From a bacterium (GTDB lineage Bacteria; Zhuqueibacterota; Zhuqueibacteria; Residuimicrobiales; Krinioviventaceae): a stretch of DNA of 64,000 bases. A model generated the notes under the pieces. That model ran no database searches. It was given only the letters and a program-made list of their open reading frames with translations, and was not told where the DNA came from. Both the position numbers and the translations under genes were made by a program. The stretch spans positions 6,048,001-6,112,000 of the forward strand of contig OY843751.1 in NCBI GenBank assembly GCA_963693055.1, read 5' to 3'. The stretch's first letter is position 1. Each line of letters starts with the position of its first letter. Positions 31,673 to 41,401 of the stretch are shown in pieces.

Positions 31673-32632
31673 TTATAAACCTACTTGTTTTATTGCTTCT
31701 TTTAACGTTTCTGCCGAACGTTGTAATCCCTTTAATTCGGAATCATCAAGCGGCAGTTTAATGCGTTCAACCACGCCATTGCGGTCCAATTTTGTGGGCA
31801 CGCTCAAACACACATCGCCAATACCATAATAATCATCAATCAAGCTCGAAACGGTCATGATCGAATTCTGGTCACGCACAATACTCTCTAAAATAGTCAA
31901 TGTTGCCATTCCAATTGCGTGATATGTGGCGCCTTTTTTCTCAATCAAGTGATACGCGGCGGTCCGTACCTGTTCAAAGATCTCATTTCGTGGTATACCT
32001 CCGCATTGTTTACTGCAATTGCTACAAAAATCATCCAGTTTTACACCACTGATCTGGGCCAAACTCCATACGGCCACTTCACTGTCACCATGTTCCCCAA
32101 TAATATATGCATGCACATTTCGTGAATCCACTCTACAATGCTGGCTGAGCAGATAACGAAAACGTGCGCTGTCAAGTGAGGTGCCGGACCCAATTACGCG
32201 GTTAACCGGATAATCAGAGAACTTTACTGCCGCATAGGTCAGCACATCAACAGGATTCGACACAACGATCAATATAGCATCCTCTGTGTATTGGGTAATT
32301 GAAGGGATAATTTTGCTATAGATTTCCACATTCTTTTTAGTCAAATCCAAACGGGTTTCGCCCGGTTTCTGAGCGGCTCCGGCAGTTATTACCACCACAT
32401 CCGCATTTGCACAATCCTCATAATCGCCCGCATAAACATGCGCGGGACGTACATAGGGTAATCCGTGACTCATATCTTCGGCCTGGCCTTCAGCCAAACC
32501 CCGATTTTGATCTATTAACACTATTTCAGAAGCCAGTCCCCGCATCAACAATGCATAGGCAAAGGTAGAACCCACCTGACCGGCTCCGACGATACAAACT
32601 TTGAGTGAATGTTTACTGATATCATTTTTCAT
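31673..32632 (-). CDS. ldh: L-lactate dehydrogenase
   Basis: VGAGQVG, AGAAQKPGETRLDL, NPVD, LDSARF, GEHGDS. Confidence 0.93.
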   Translation of the reverse strand: MKNDISKHSLKVCIVGAGQVGSTFAYALLMRGLASEIVLIDQNRGLAEGQAEDMSHGLPYVRPAHVYAGDYEDCANADVVVITAGAAQKPGETRLDLTKKNVEIYSKIIPSITQYTEDAILIVVSNPVDVLTYAAVKFSDYPVNRVIGSGTSLDSARFRYLLSQHCRVDSRNVHAYIIGEHGDSEVAVWSLAQISGVKLDDFCSNCSKQCGGIPRNEIFEQVRTAAYHLIEKKGATYHAIGMATLTILESIVRDQNSIMTVSSLIDDYYGIGDVCLSVPTKLDRNGVVERIKLPLDDSELKGLQRSAETLKEAIKQVGL

Positions 32633-32775
32633 TATATTTTACCTTTCCGTTTATTCGATCCAGAACCATTACAACAACATTTAAAAGCGCATTAATCCAT
32701 TGATTTTATGAACGAAATGCTTGATAGTTTCAAAAAATTCATTAATTTAAATGTTGGTTTTTTAGAGGTAATACT

Positions 32776-33396
32776 ATGGTACGACTGCATGTAAATCCAA
32801 TCAATCCGCAAAAGAGGCACATCGAAAGCACTGCTCAAGTGCTTCGCGAAGGTGGGCTCATTATCTATCCCACAGATACGGTATACGGTCTGGGATGCGA
32901 TCTCTATAACAAAAAAGCCGTTGAACGTATTTACCAGATCAAGGGGATGAAAAAAAAGAAAACCCTTAGCTTTATTTGTCCCGATCTGAAAGACATTGCC
33001 CGTTACGCCCATGTATCCACCCCGGCGTACAAGATCATGCGTCGACTGTTACCGGGTCCGTATACATTTATTTTACCGGCCACACGTGAAGTACCTAAAA
33101 TTCTATTGGAAAACAGAAAAACCATCGGTATCCGTGTACCGGACAATACCATCTGCCACGATTTGCTCGATGCTTTTGGCGGTCCTATTATCAGTACCAG
33201 TGCTGCACTACCAGATCAGCCCTACCAGAACGACCCCGATGATATTGAAGACCATTTTCAACACTTTGTAGACATATTTCTGGATGCCGGTGAAGGCGGA
33301 CTTGATCCCTCAACGATATTGGATATGAATGGAGACACCTTTCAGGTCATTCGCGAGGGAAAAGGATATGACAGCGAGGTATTTCGCTCGCTGTAA
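32776..33396 (+). CDS. Sua5/YciO/YrdC family protein
   Basis: YPTDTVYGLGC, LPGPYTFIL, IGIRVP, ISTSA. Confidence 0.9.
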   Translation: MVRLHVNPINPQKRHIESTAQVLREGGLIIYPTDTVYGLGCDLYNKKAVERIYQIKGMKKKKTLSFICPDLKDIARYAHVSTPAYKIMRRLLPGPYTFILPATREVPKILLENRKTIGIRVPDNTICHDLLDAFGGPIISTSAALPDQPYQNDPDDIEDHFQHFVDIFLDAGEGGLDPSTILDMNGDTFQVIREGKGYDSEVFRSL

Positions 33397-33876
33397 CTAG
33401 ATCTCTACAATTTCTGCGGTATTGCTTTGGGTATCCCACAATGCCAGGGTACATTTACCGGTCAACCAACCGCATACTTCACCCGGATTCACAACCAGAG
33501 TATCGTTTTCTTTACTCACTTCAATTTCATGAATATGTCCGTATAGTACCAGATCATATTTCTCGGACTTGCGTAAATCATCCATCACAATGGGTGCATG
33601 CAGCATCACAACTTTGCGTCCATCAAGGGTGATCTCGTGCGGTGGATCAAAAATGATCCCTTTAAACATAGAACTGAGCCCCAACCGTTCCCCATCATTG
33701 TTACCGAACACTATTGTTAATGGAGCATCCAGGTTTTTCAATGCCTTGTTCACAAAGGGTGCAACCAAATCACCTGCATGCAGCACATGGTCAACTTTTT
33801 CTTTATTACAAAATTCAACTGCGCGGTGGAGTGCGTCCATATTATCGTGACTGTCGGACATGAGCGCTACTTTCAT
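33397..33876 (-). CDS. YfcE-like metallophosphoesterase
   Basis: SDSH, HAGD, GNND, GHIH, NPG motifs. Confidence 0.9.
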   Translation of the reverse strand: MKVALMSDSHDNMDALHRAVEFCNKEKVDHVLHAGDLVAPFVNKALKNLDAPLTIVFGNNDGERLGLSSMFKGIIFDPPHEITLDGRKVVMLHAPIVMDDLRKSEKYDLVLYGHIHEIEVSKENDTLVVNPGEVCGWLTGKCTLALWDTQSNTAEIVEI

Positions 33877-34077
33877 ATTAATTTCCTCAGGTTTATTGTT
33901 TTCTTTATTGCATACAACAACACAGCACGGTGGAATCTTTCAATAAAATATTGAAATAGTGAATATAATATTTATATTACAGAATTGAAAAAAATAATTT
34001 TCCTTTTAACGGATTGATATCATTAACCATAGATAAAAGCCAATAAAGATCAATCGCTACATAAAGATTTTTATAAT

Positions 34078-34681
34078 TAGCCACGGATCAACACGGGTGA
34101 AAAAACTAAAATCCCAGGTGGTTATGTGACTTGTTCTCATTCATGGAATGAAAGTATGGCTTATTGTAAATCACTTTTAGTTTTATTATGTCTTTTTCTA
34201 ACCTCCTGTGGTAGAGGCTATCTCCTAATCGGGAAGGTTATTTCTGTTCAAAATGTTTCAGAAAGTAAAATAATTGATATTTCTGACAAGATTGAGATTA
34301 CATCAACATCTGATCTTTCAATTGCAGGTAAAATTGATTCAGTCACTGCTTTACTTATAAAAGAGCCCTTTACTCCATTAGGGCATACCAAAGTTCGACA
34401 AATTATTCATCCTAACGCTAATGGCGATTATGATCCTTTAACTCGTCCACAAAAAGCAATTTACACCCAAGATAATGGTTTTTTTTCATTGAAACTTATG
34501 GACCTCCTGTAAAAAAAAGCATTGCAAAACTTGTCGTTCACAAAAAAGGATATAAAAGTTTTGAAACAACATATTGGGATTTTGCTTCAAATAATTCAAT
34601 TTTTATTATTATTTTGGCAATAGAGTAAATTTAGGATTAAATTGTTTTTTATCCGTGTTAATCCGTGAAAATCTGTGGCTA
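34078..34681. repeat. Inverted pair of CAC(A/G)GAT 10-bp-period repeat blocks flanking a cargo gene
   Basis: TAGCCACGGATCAACACGG (34078-34096) vs ATCCGTGTTAATCCGTGAAAATCTGTGGCTA (34651-34681). Confidence 0.65.
34156..34628 (+). pseudogene. Hypothetical lipoprotein frameshifted in a T8 run (34479-34486)
   Basis: Lipobox LTSC; T9 would give ...GFFFIETYGPPVKKSIAKLVVHKKGYKSF...IE* ending at 34628. Confidence 0.55.
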
Positions 34682-34789
34682 AAAATTTTTTAAATTAATA
34701 ATACCTCAAGATCATTGTATTAAATTCATTTTAATGATATAAAGAGAATAATTATAACATCTTGATAAAATAAACCCTGGAGAGCAAGC

Positions 34790-37003
34790 ATGAAACATTT
34801 ATACGCTATACTTTTAATACTTTTCACAGCATTTTCATTATATGCAGTGGTTCCAGGATCGGTAACAGACGATCCCTTTAATCAGGAAGTCCACATACCG
34901 TTTCCACTGGATAATGATGCCGCCAACGACGTCCGCTCGGTTGCGGTCGATATTGACGGTAAAATCTGGGCCGCCACCCGGGATGGCATCTATTCTCTCG
35001 AGTCCGGTACCTGGAAATCCTGGTCCACTGGTGAAAACCAGGGCCCCGCTTATGATATTTCTGTTGCAAAAGACGGCTCTCTCTGGATTGGTGCCTGGAA
35101 CGGTGCATATCTTTTTAAAAATGGCAAGCTCTCCAAAATTGAGGGCATCGACTCGCCGGTTAGCGTGATTCGTGCCTACGACGAGGTGATTGCATTGGGA
35201 CCCAAGGGCCAGTGGAAAATCTCCGGCAACAGCGCAAAGGCACTGAATTGGGATATCGCCTTGTCAACAAGAGACATGATCAAAGATGTGAATAAAGGAT
35301 ATTGGATTAGCACAGATGTCGGTTTGTTTTACAAAACAGAATCCGAGACAAAATTCATACAAAATGTTGAAAACCTAGTGGGTAACGCCCTTACTTCTCT
35401 TGCCTGGTCGCAAGACAATACCTTGTGGATTGGCGGACTGGGTGGTATTACCCTCTATCGGAATGGTGAACGTGTCGGTCACCTGACTCACAAAGAGGGG
35501 TTGATCAGCATTGACGTATATTGTATTGAAACAGCACCCAATGGCGCCATGTGGGTAGGCACAAAACAAGGTATTGCCCGATATAAAGATCTAGAATGGT
35601 CCATGCGTTACAGCCGCAGATGGCTGCTGGACAATGAGGTTCGTGACATTGCTTTTGACTCGGCTGGAAATGCCTGGGTAGCTACTGCCGGGGGTATCAG
35701 CAAAATCGAACGCCGTACAATAACAATGGCGCAAAAAGCCGACTATTACCAGCGTATTCTGGAAGACCGTCACATACGTCCGCCTTATATTGTAGAAAAA
35801 ATAAACTTGCTGTCCCCGGGAGACACCACCAAATGGGAACCCCGCGATGATGACAATGACGGTCAGTACACAAGCATGTACCTGGCCATGGAAAGTTACC
35901 GCTACCAGGTTACCAATAATCCCAAAGCCAAAGACAATGCTAAAAAAGCATTTGATGCTTTGAAATATTTGCAAACCGTAACCGAGACGGATGGATTTTT
36001 CGCCCGCACAGTGGTCCCGGTTGAATGGAACCGCATGATGGATCCCAACCATGTCTTTACTCCGCAGGAACAAGCAGACCGGTTGGTAGACAATGCCCGC
36101 CAGAAATATGTTCCGGAATTGTGGCGACTATCCAGTGACGGCAAATGGTATTGGAAGGGCGATACCAGTAGTGACGAGGTGACCGGTCACATGTATGGCT
36201 ATTTCATTTATTATGATCTCGTTGCAAAATATGATAAAAAAGAAAAGAAACGCGTTGCCGACCATGTCTGTAAAATTGTGGACTATATCATTGATGGCGG
36301 TTACAATTTTATCGATATTGACGGCACCCATACCAAATGGGGTGTTTGGGCACCTGAAAAATTAAACGGTACTCCGGACTGGTCAACGGAGTTATATATA
36401 AACTCTACCGAGCTGCTCTCTTTTCTCAAACTGGCATTTGTTGTCAGTGGTGACAAAAAATACCAGGACAAATATCTGGACCTGATCCACAATCACGGTT
36501 ATCTTGAAAACGCCCGTCACGCGCGTTCAACCAATCCCACATTTATCACCCACATTGATGATGAGTTGTTAGCTTTGGTCTACCCCGTTCTGCTAACGTA
36601 TGAAAAAGATCCCGAGATCCTCAAAGTCTATCGTCAGAGCGTAAACCGCTGGCACCGCACAAACGAAGCGGACAACAGTCCGTATTTCAACTTTACCTAC
36701 GCGGCGCTGACCGGTTACGATCCCAATCTCGATAAATCCATTGCCTACCTGCGTGATGTATCGCTCGATCTGGTGGGTTGGGATATGGACCTGAGCAAGC
36801 GTGAAGATCTGAACATTATCCGTTACCCCGAGTTTGAAAACCAGATGATTGACCGAATGGTCCCCCCCAGTGAACTGATGGTTCTGCGCTGGGACCGGAA
36901 TCCCTGGTACGCCAAACGCGGCTATGGCGGCCGCATTGAAAGCGATGGCGTGTTCTGGCTGCTGCCCTACTGGATGGGCCGCTATTACGGATTGATCAAG
37001 TAG
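34790..37003 (+). CDS. Secreted protein: two-component-regulator beta-propeller repeats fused to an (alpha/alpha) barrel-like C-terminal domain
   Basis: Signal peptide; repeated D..G.(I/L/M)W(A/I/V)(A/G)T..G; C-terminal DDDNDG, WKGDTSSDE, LLPYWMGRY. Confidence 0.65.
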   Translation: MKHLYAILLILFTAFSLYAVVPGSVTDDPFNQEVHIPFPLDNDAANDVRSVAVDIDGKIWAATRDGIYSLESGTWKSWSTGENQGPAYDISVAKDGSLWIGAWNGAYLFKNGKLSKIEGIDSPVSVIRAYDEVIALGPKGQWKISGNSAKALNWDIALSTRDMIKDVNKGYWISTDVGLFYKTESETKFIQNVENLVGNALTSLAWSQDNTLWIGGLGGITLYRNGERVGHLTHKEGLISIDVYCIETAPNGAMWVGTKQGIARYKDLEWSMRYSRRWLLDNEVRDIAFDSAGNAWVATAGGISKIERRTITMAQKADYYQRILEDRHIRPPYIVEKINLLSPGDTTKWEPRDDDNDGQYTSMYLAMESYRYQVTNNPKAKDNAKKAFDALKYLQTVTETDGFFARTVVPVEWNRMMDPNHVFTPQEQADRLVDNARQKYVPELWRLSSDGKWYWKGDTSSDEVTGHMYGYFIYYDLVAKYDKKEKKRVADHVCKIVDYIIDGGYNFIDIDGTHTKWGVWAPEKLNGTPDWSTELYINSTELLSFLKLAFVVSGDKKYQDKYLDLIHNHGYLENARHARSTNPTFITHIDDELLALVYPVLLTYEKDPEILKVYRQSVNRWHRTNEADNSPYFNFTYAALTGYDPNLDKSIAYLRDVSLDLVGWDMDLSKREDLNIIRYPEFENQMIDRMVPPSELMVLRWDRNPWYAKRGYGGRIESDGVFWLLPYWMGRYYGLIK

Positions 37004-37021
37004 TTAATATTTCGTTTTTTC

Positions 37022-37098
37022 ATTCGTGTCGATCTGTGAGGATCTGTGGCTATTATAAAATTATTTTCAGCCACGGATTGACACAGATCAACACGGAT
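37022..37098. repeat. Back-to-back CAC(A/G)GAT repeat blocks forming a long imperfect palindrome
   Basis: ATTCGTGTCGATCTGTGAGGATCTGTGGCT ... AGCCACGGATTGACACAGATCAACACGGAT. Confidence 0.7.
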
Positions 37099-37174
37099 AA
37101 TACCTAAAACAACCTCCTTTGCAGCCTCTGCCGCTTTAGTATTTTTTATCCTTCCTCACATTTTTAAGTGACAA

Positions 37175-37262
37175 GATCGCCGGGTGTCTTTATTCCAGAC
37201 GGAATGATACGACCGGACATGTGTTCGGTTCTTACCAGCTCGGCACTCTGGTACCGGGCGAT
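37175..37262 (+). repeat. MITE/REP-like element, GATCGCC family, copy A
   Basis: GATCGCCGGGTGT...GGAATGATAC..CCGGACATGTGTTCGGTTCT...CTGGTACCGGGCGAT; homologous to 40045 and 44245. Confidence 0.7.
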
Positions 37263-37349
37263 AAAAGTAAAAAATCAGCTTGTAATGATTTGTTTTTTTT
37301 ATTAAACTCTTTTTCAAATTACCAGTAAAACATTAATTTGGATCCCAAA

Positions 37350-38300
37350 ATGTCACTTATATCTATAGTGGTTCCGTTATTAAACGAAGAAACCAATGCA
37401 AATACAATTTATGACCGATGCAGAAATGTATTCCAAAAAATCGAACAAGATTATGAATTTGTAATAATAGATGATGGAAGTACAGATAATACATTAACCG
37501 TTTTAAAAGACCTTGCGGAAACTGACAAAAAAGTCAAGATACTATCATTTTCAAGGAATTTTGGACACCAATCTGCTATAACTGCCGGAATTGATTATGC
37601 CCAGGGTGATGCAGTGGTTATCATTGACGGTGACCTTCAAGATCCTCCGGAATTAATCCCCCAGATGATCGAAAAATGGAAAGAGGGATATCAGGTTGTA
37701 TATGCAAAACGCACAAAACGCAAGGGGGAAACATTTTTTAAAAAAACAACCGCTTCTTTATTTTACAGAACATTCCAATATCTTGCCAACGCACAAATCC
37801 CTCTGGACACTGGTGATTTCAGATTAATGGATAGATCAGTTGTTGATTCTTTAAAAGAACTCAAAGAACGAAACCGATTTATCAGAGGATTGGTTTATTG
37901 GGTAGGGTTCAATCAAATTGGTGTTGAATATGAACGGGATGAAAGAAAAACAGGAGAAAGTAAATATCCCTTGTCAAAAATGGTTCGTTTTGCCAGCAAC
38001 GGTATTTTTTCTTTTTCCGACAAACCACTCAGACTCGCTACAATTATGGGTTTACTTTCTTCAATGCTGGGTTTAATCATGATTTTTTGGGGCCTTTATT
38101 CAAAATTCGTTTTGTCAGATACTACTATACGAGGGTGGACATCAGTCTTTATATCAATTTTGTTCTTAGGCGGAATTCAATTATTTACGCTGGGCATCAT
38201 CGGTGAATATATTAGCAGAATATACGATGAGTTAAAAGCCAGACCCATCTACATTATTCAGGAAAAAATTAATATTCCTACCGGAGATAATAATGAGTAA
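37350..38300 (+). CDS. GT2 undecaprenyl-phosphate glycosyltransferase (GtrB/ArnC-like)
   Basis: IDDGSTD, FSRNFGHQ, IDGDLQDPP, TGDFRLMDR, two C-terminal TMs, IGEYISRIY. Confidence 0.92.
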   Translation: MSLISIVVPLLNEETNANTIYDRCRNVFQKIEQDYEFVIIDDGSTDNTLTVLKDLAETDKKVKILSFSRNFGHQSAITAGIDYAQGDAVVIIDGDLQDPPELIPQMIEKWKEGYQVVYAKRTKRKGETFFKKTTASLFYRTFQYLANAQIPLDTGDFRLMDRSVVDSLKELKERNRFIRGLVYWVGFNQIGVEYERDERKTGESKYPLSKMVRFASNGIFSFSDKPLRLATIMGLLSSMLGLIMIFWGLYSKFVLSDTTIRGWTSVFISILFLGGIQLFTLGIIGEYISRIYDELKARPIYIIQEKINIPTGDNNE

Positions 38301-40008
38301 AAAAATTGTCGTTCTGTTGACTGTTATTATTCTTGTTAAAATTCTGATTCATATCCCTGTAATAAACTATGGAATGCCCTATTCACTTGGAAATTCCGAT
38401 GAAAATGATTTTATTGGAACAGCTTTAAATTATGGCGCCACGAAATCTCTCAAACCGATCATTACATGGTATCCTGCCTTTTATTCCTATGTCCTGACAG
38501 GAGCCATAGGTATTTACTTTATAATTTTAATGCTAACTGGAGCTATTGCTTCAATAAACGACTTTGCTGTGCATTATCTTTTATATCCCGGATATTTTCA
38601 CATGCTTGGTAGAATTTTGTCATTATTACTCATATCTTTGGCTATTATTTTTATATATTTAACTGGAAAAATTTTAAAAAATGAAAAAACAGGGATATAT
38701 GCCGCTTTTGGTTTAGCATTTTCAAGCATGCTTACCCAAAGAACAATTTGGGCCTTACCTTCAAGTACAATTATTATCACTCTTGTGCTTTCATTATATT
38801 TCCTGGTCCACTTTATTAACAAGCATAAATCTATATATATGGTTTGGGCGGGCCTTTTTTGCGGTTTAGCAATATCAACAAAATACAATGCCGGCCCCTT
38901 TATGCTGGTTGGATTTTTTGCCATTATGCTGTTATTAAAAGAAAAACATGATAATTTTTTATCAATCGCAGTATTCAAAGATTTTTTAAAAACAGCACCC
39001 CTTTATTTGTTTTTTTCTTTTATTGTTATCGGCTTTATTTTAGGGAGTCCTTATTGGATTATTGAATTACAGGAAAATCTTAAGGGCCTTGCTTGGGAAT
39101 TGGGACGCCTGAACGCTGAAAACAGCGGCTCAGACTTTTTTCTCTCTAAAATACCCTATTTATGGATTTTTTCAGAGTTGGTTATCCGCGAAAAAATATT
39201 AGGTTTGACTATGGTTTTAAGCATTTTTTATTCCATATATCTTTTATTCAAAAAAGACAAAACCGCCTTATTATTAACCCCGTTTATTCTAGTCAGCATT
39301 CTGCTAATTGGTAAATACCAAAAGCATTCTTTACATTATATGCTTCCTGTATTCCCTGTTCTTGTACTTTTGTGCGCAACTGTTTTTGATTCATGGATTG
39401 AGAAACAAAAACCTTTAATCAAAAGGCTGACTATAGGATTTATTGTTGTAATCACTTTTTTCCCTTTTCATAATTTTATCACCTATTCGCTATCTCATCT
39501 AAAACAGGATGCTCGTTTACAGGCAAGCAACTGGATTCAAAACAATATACCAACCGGTTCAACTATTGCTGTAGGAAAAACATCTTTTTCTGCCCCCCTA
39601 CCTGATAAAATTCGATTTGAAAAAAAATTCTATTCTTCAATTGGAGAACAGGTAATGGCCCAAAAATTACCTGAAATTCATAAATCATTATACAAAGAAA
39701 ATTTGGATAAAAAGGGGTATAATCTAGTTAATTATATAATCAAGCAATCTGTTGGCAGGACAGGTTCTTTTTCTCAAATGATGAAAGATATTAAAATTTT
39801 ACCATTTGATGATATCATACAGCAAAATGCTGAATATTTAATTGTTTCAAGTATGGATCTGGTATACTATAAAAAAGAAGGGAAAACTTCTTTACTCGAT
39901 TTTCCCGAATACAAAGAACATCTTTTACTTTTAAAATCATTTGCAAAAAAAGATTTAGACCAATTTGTTCAAATATATAAAATTATCCCATACGATCAGC
40001 AAGATTAA
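38293..40008 (+). CDS. ArnT/PMT-like (GT-C) membrane glycosyltransferase
   Basis: SDE after TM1, GLAISTKYN, many TMs, DARLQA..WI. Confidence 0.75.
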   Translation: MSKKIVVLLTVIILVKILIHIPVINYGMPYSLGNSDENDFIGTALNYGATKSLKPIITWYPAFYSYVLTGAIGIYFIILMLTGAIASINDFAVHYLLYPGYFHMLGRILSLLLISLAIIFIYLTGKILKNEKTGIYAAFGLAFSSMLTQRTIWALPSSTIIITLVLSLYFLVHFINKHKSIYMVWAGLFCGLAISTKYNAGPFMLVGFFAIMLLLKEKHDNFLSIAVFKDFLKTAPLYLFFSFIVIGFILGSPYWIIELQENLKGLAWELGRLNAENSGSDFFLSKIPYLWIFSELVIREKILGLTMVLSIFYSIYLLFKKDKTALLLTPFILVSILLIGKYQKHSLHYMLPVFPVLVLLCATVFDSWIEKQKPLIKRLTIGFIVVITFFPFHNFITYSLSHLKQDARLQASNWIQNNIPTGSTIAVGKTSFSAPLPDKIRFEKKFYSSIGEQVMAQKLPEIHKSLYKENLDKKGYNLVNYIIKQSVGRTGSFSQMMKDIKILPFDDIIQQNAEYLIVSSMDLVYYKKEGKTSLLDFPEYKEHLLLLKSFAKKDLDQFVQIYKIIPYDQQD

Positions 40009-40044
40009 GTAAAACATATTTTAAAAGTCGCAATTTAATTCTAT

Positions 40045-40263
40045 GATCGCCGGGTGTATTTACGCCCGGCGGAATGATACCACCGGACATGTGTCCGGTT
40101 CTCTGGGACGAATGTCCGGTATTAAATCCGCCCGGACCCTGAGTTCTCACTCGTCCGCTGTCGCTTTGCGGACGAGTGAGAGTATCGAAGGGCCGGGAAG
40201 AAAAACAATATGAATATGATCTCCAATTATGATTTCAGCCAGGTAACCAAATACCAGGCGATC
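40045..40263 (+). repeat. GATCGCC-family element copy B with nested hairpin insert
   Basis: GATCGCCGGG...CCAGGCGATC termini; internal perfect 14-bp stem TCTCACTCGTCCGC/GCGGACGAGTGAGA within CCCTGAG...TCGAAGGG. Confidence 0.7.
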
Positions 40264-40576
40264 AAGGTACAACTATCAGACCCCTGACAAGGCCTTCGCT
40301 TAACTCATCAACCCTGACAATACCATTATCTTTCAATTAGCATTCAAATCTAAATGTCCCGTTAGGGACAAAATATTTATAGAACTGTAAAAATGAGAAT
40401 TCGCATGCCGTCAGGTATGCAATATTGTAGAGTTTTATCATATATAAATAGTATCATATGACCAGAGGAGAAAAAGAAATTTATAAAACCCCCTAAAAAT
40501 ACAACGGAGCGTCAGATCATTAATAAATTTGGTGATCTGTCATTCTGAAAGTAATAAAAGGGAAATATAAAAGCAA

Positions 40577-41401
40577 CTAATTGTTCTTTGAAAGATTCAA
40601 CTGACTCCTTTGATTTTTAATTTTATCAGGCAAAAGATCAACATATTGTTGTATGACACGTTTGGAAAGTCTTGCCAGCTGGCTGATTTGATCAAGGTTT
40701 TTAATGTCATGCTTCCAAAGTAATTCAACACGATGGTAATCTTTGATATACCTGTCAACCGCTTCGTTGCTGTGTTTGGTTTTCAAAGCGATTTCGGGAG
40801 TGAGATATCCCTCAAGATACAGAGTGATAATTTCGCGTTTATGAGTAATAGCGCCGGAAAGATCATGGATGTTGCCACGCGTTGGTAAGAGATGCCCTTC
40901 TTTTTGGATTTCATTTACATATTTACTGACAACGGCATCACAGACACCGAGTAACATAGCCAGGTCAAGTTGAGTAAGCAGAGCACCTTGATCAAAAGCT
41001 TCATCAACCCAACGTTTGAGGCGTCTTTTCCTTAAAGTTTTGGAATCAAAACCATGCGCGATATGAGAAGTATCCTGATCAGTAATGAAAGAGAGGACAA
41101 CGGGTTTCATTCGGGTAGCGGCAATACTTTTTCCGCGTTTGGGGTATTCATCGACAGGAACAGCCATCCAGACGAGTTGCCCATAGTGAATATGGTGCAA
41201 GTCATCATCAATAGAGGAGACAAGGAAATAGTCATCAATGATTTTAAGGATATCATCAATGATGGCATTGGCAGTGATGGCTCCTTTGTCATAGCCATAG
41301 CTATTCAAAAAGTTGTACAGTAGTAACTGCTTGAGATCTTTATCTTTAAGTCGTCTCATTTTTTTGAGTTGAATTTGTTCTTTAGTCAAAGGTTTACTCA
41401 T
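40577..41401 (-). CDS. DUF1670-like protein B
   Basis: QGALLTQLDLAMLL, PTRGNIHD, THK, LYLEGY, HSNEAVDRY; ATG 41401 with GGAGG RBS, overlaps stop of protein A. Confidence 0.8.
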   Translation of the reverse strand: MSKPLTKEQIQLKKMRRLKDKDLKQLLLYNFLNSYGYDKGAITANAIIDDILKIIDDYFLVSSIDDDLHHIHYGQLVWMAVPVDEYPKRGKSIAATRMKPVVLSFITDQDTSHIAHGFDSKTLRKRRLKRWVDEAFDQGALLTQLDLAMLLGVCDAVVSKYVNEIQKEGHLLPTRGNIHDLSGAITHKREIITLYLEGYLTPEIALKTKHSNEAVDRYIKDYHRVELLWKHDIKNLDQISQLARLSKRVIQQYVDLLPDKIKNQRSQLNLSKNN

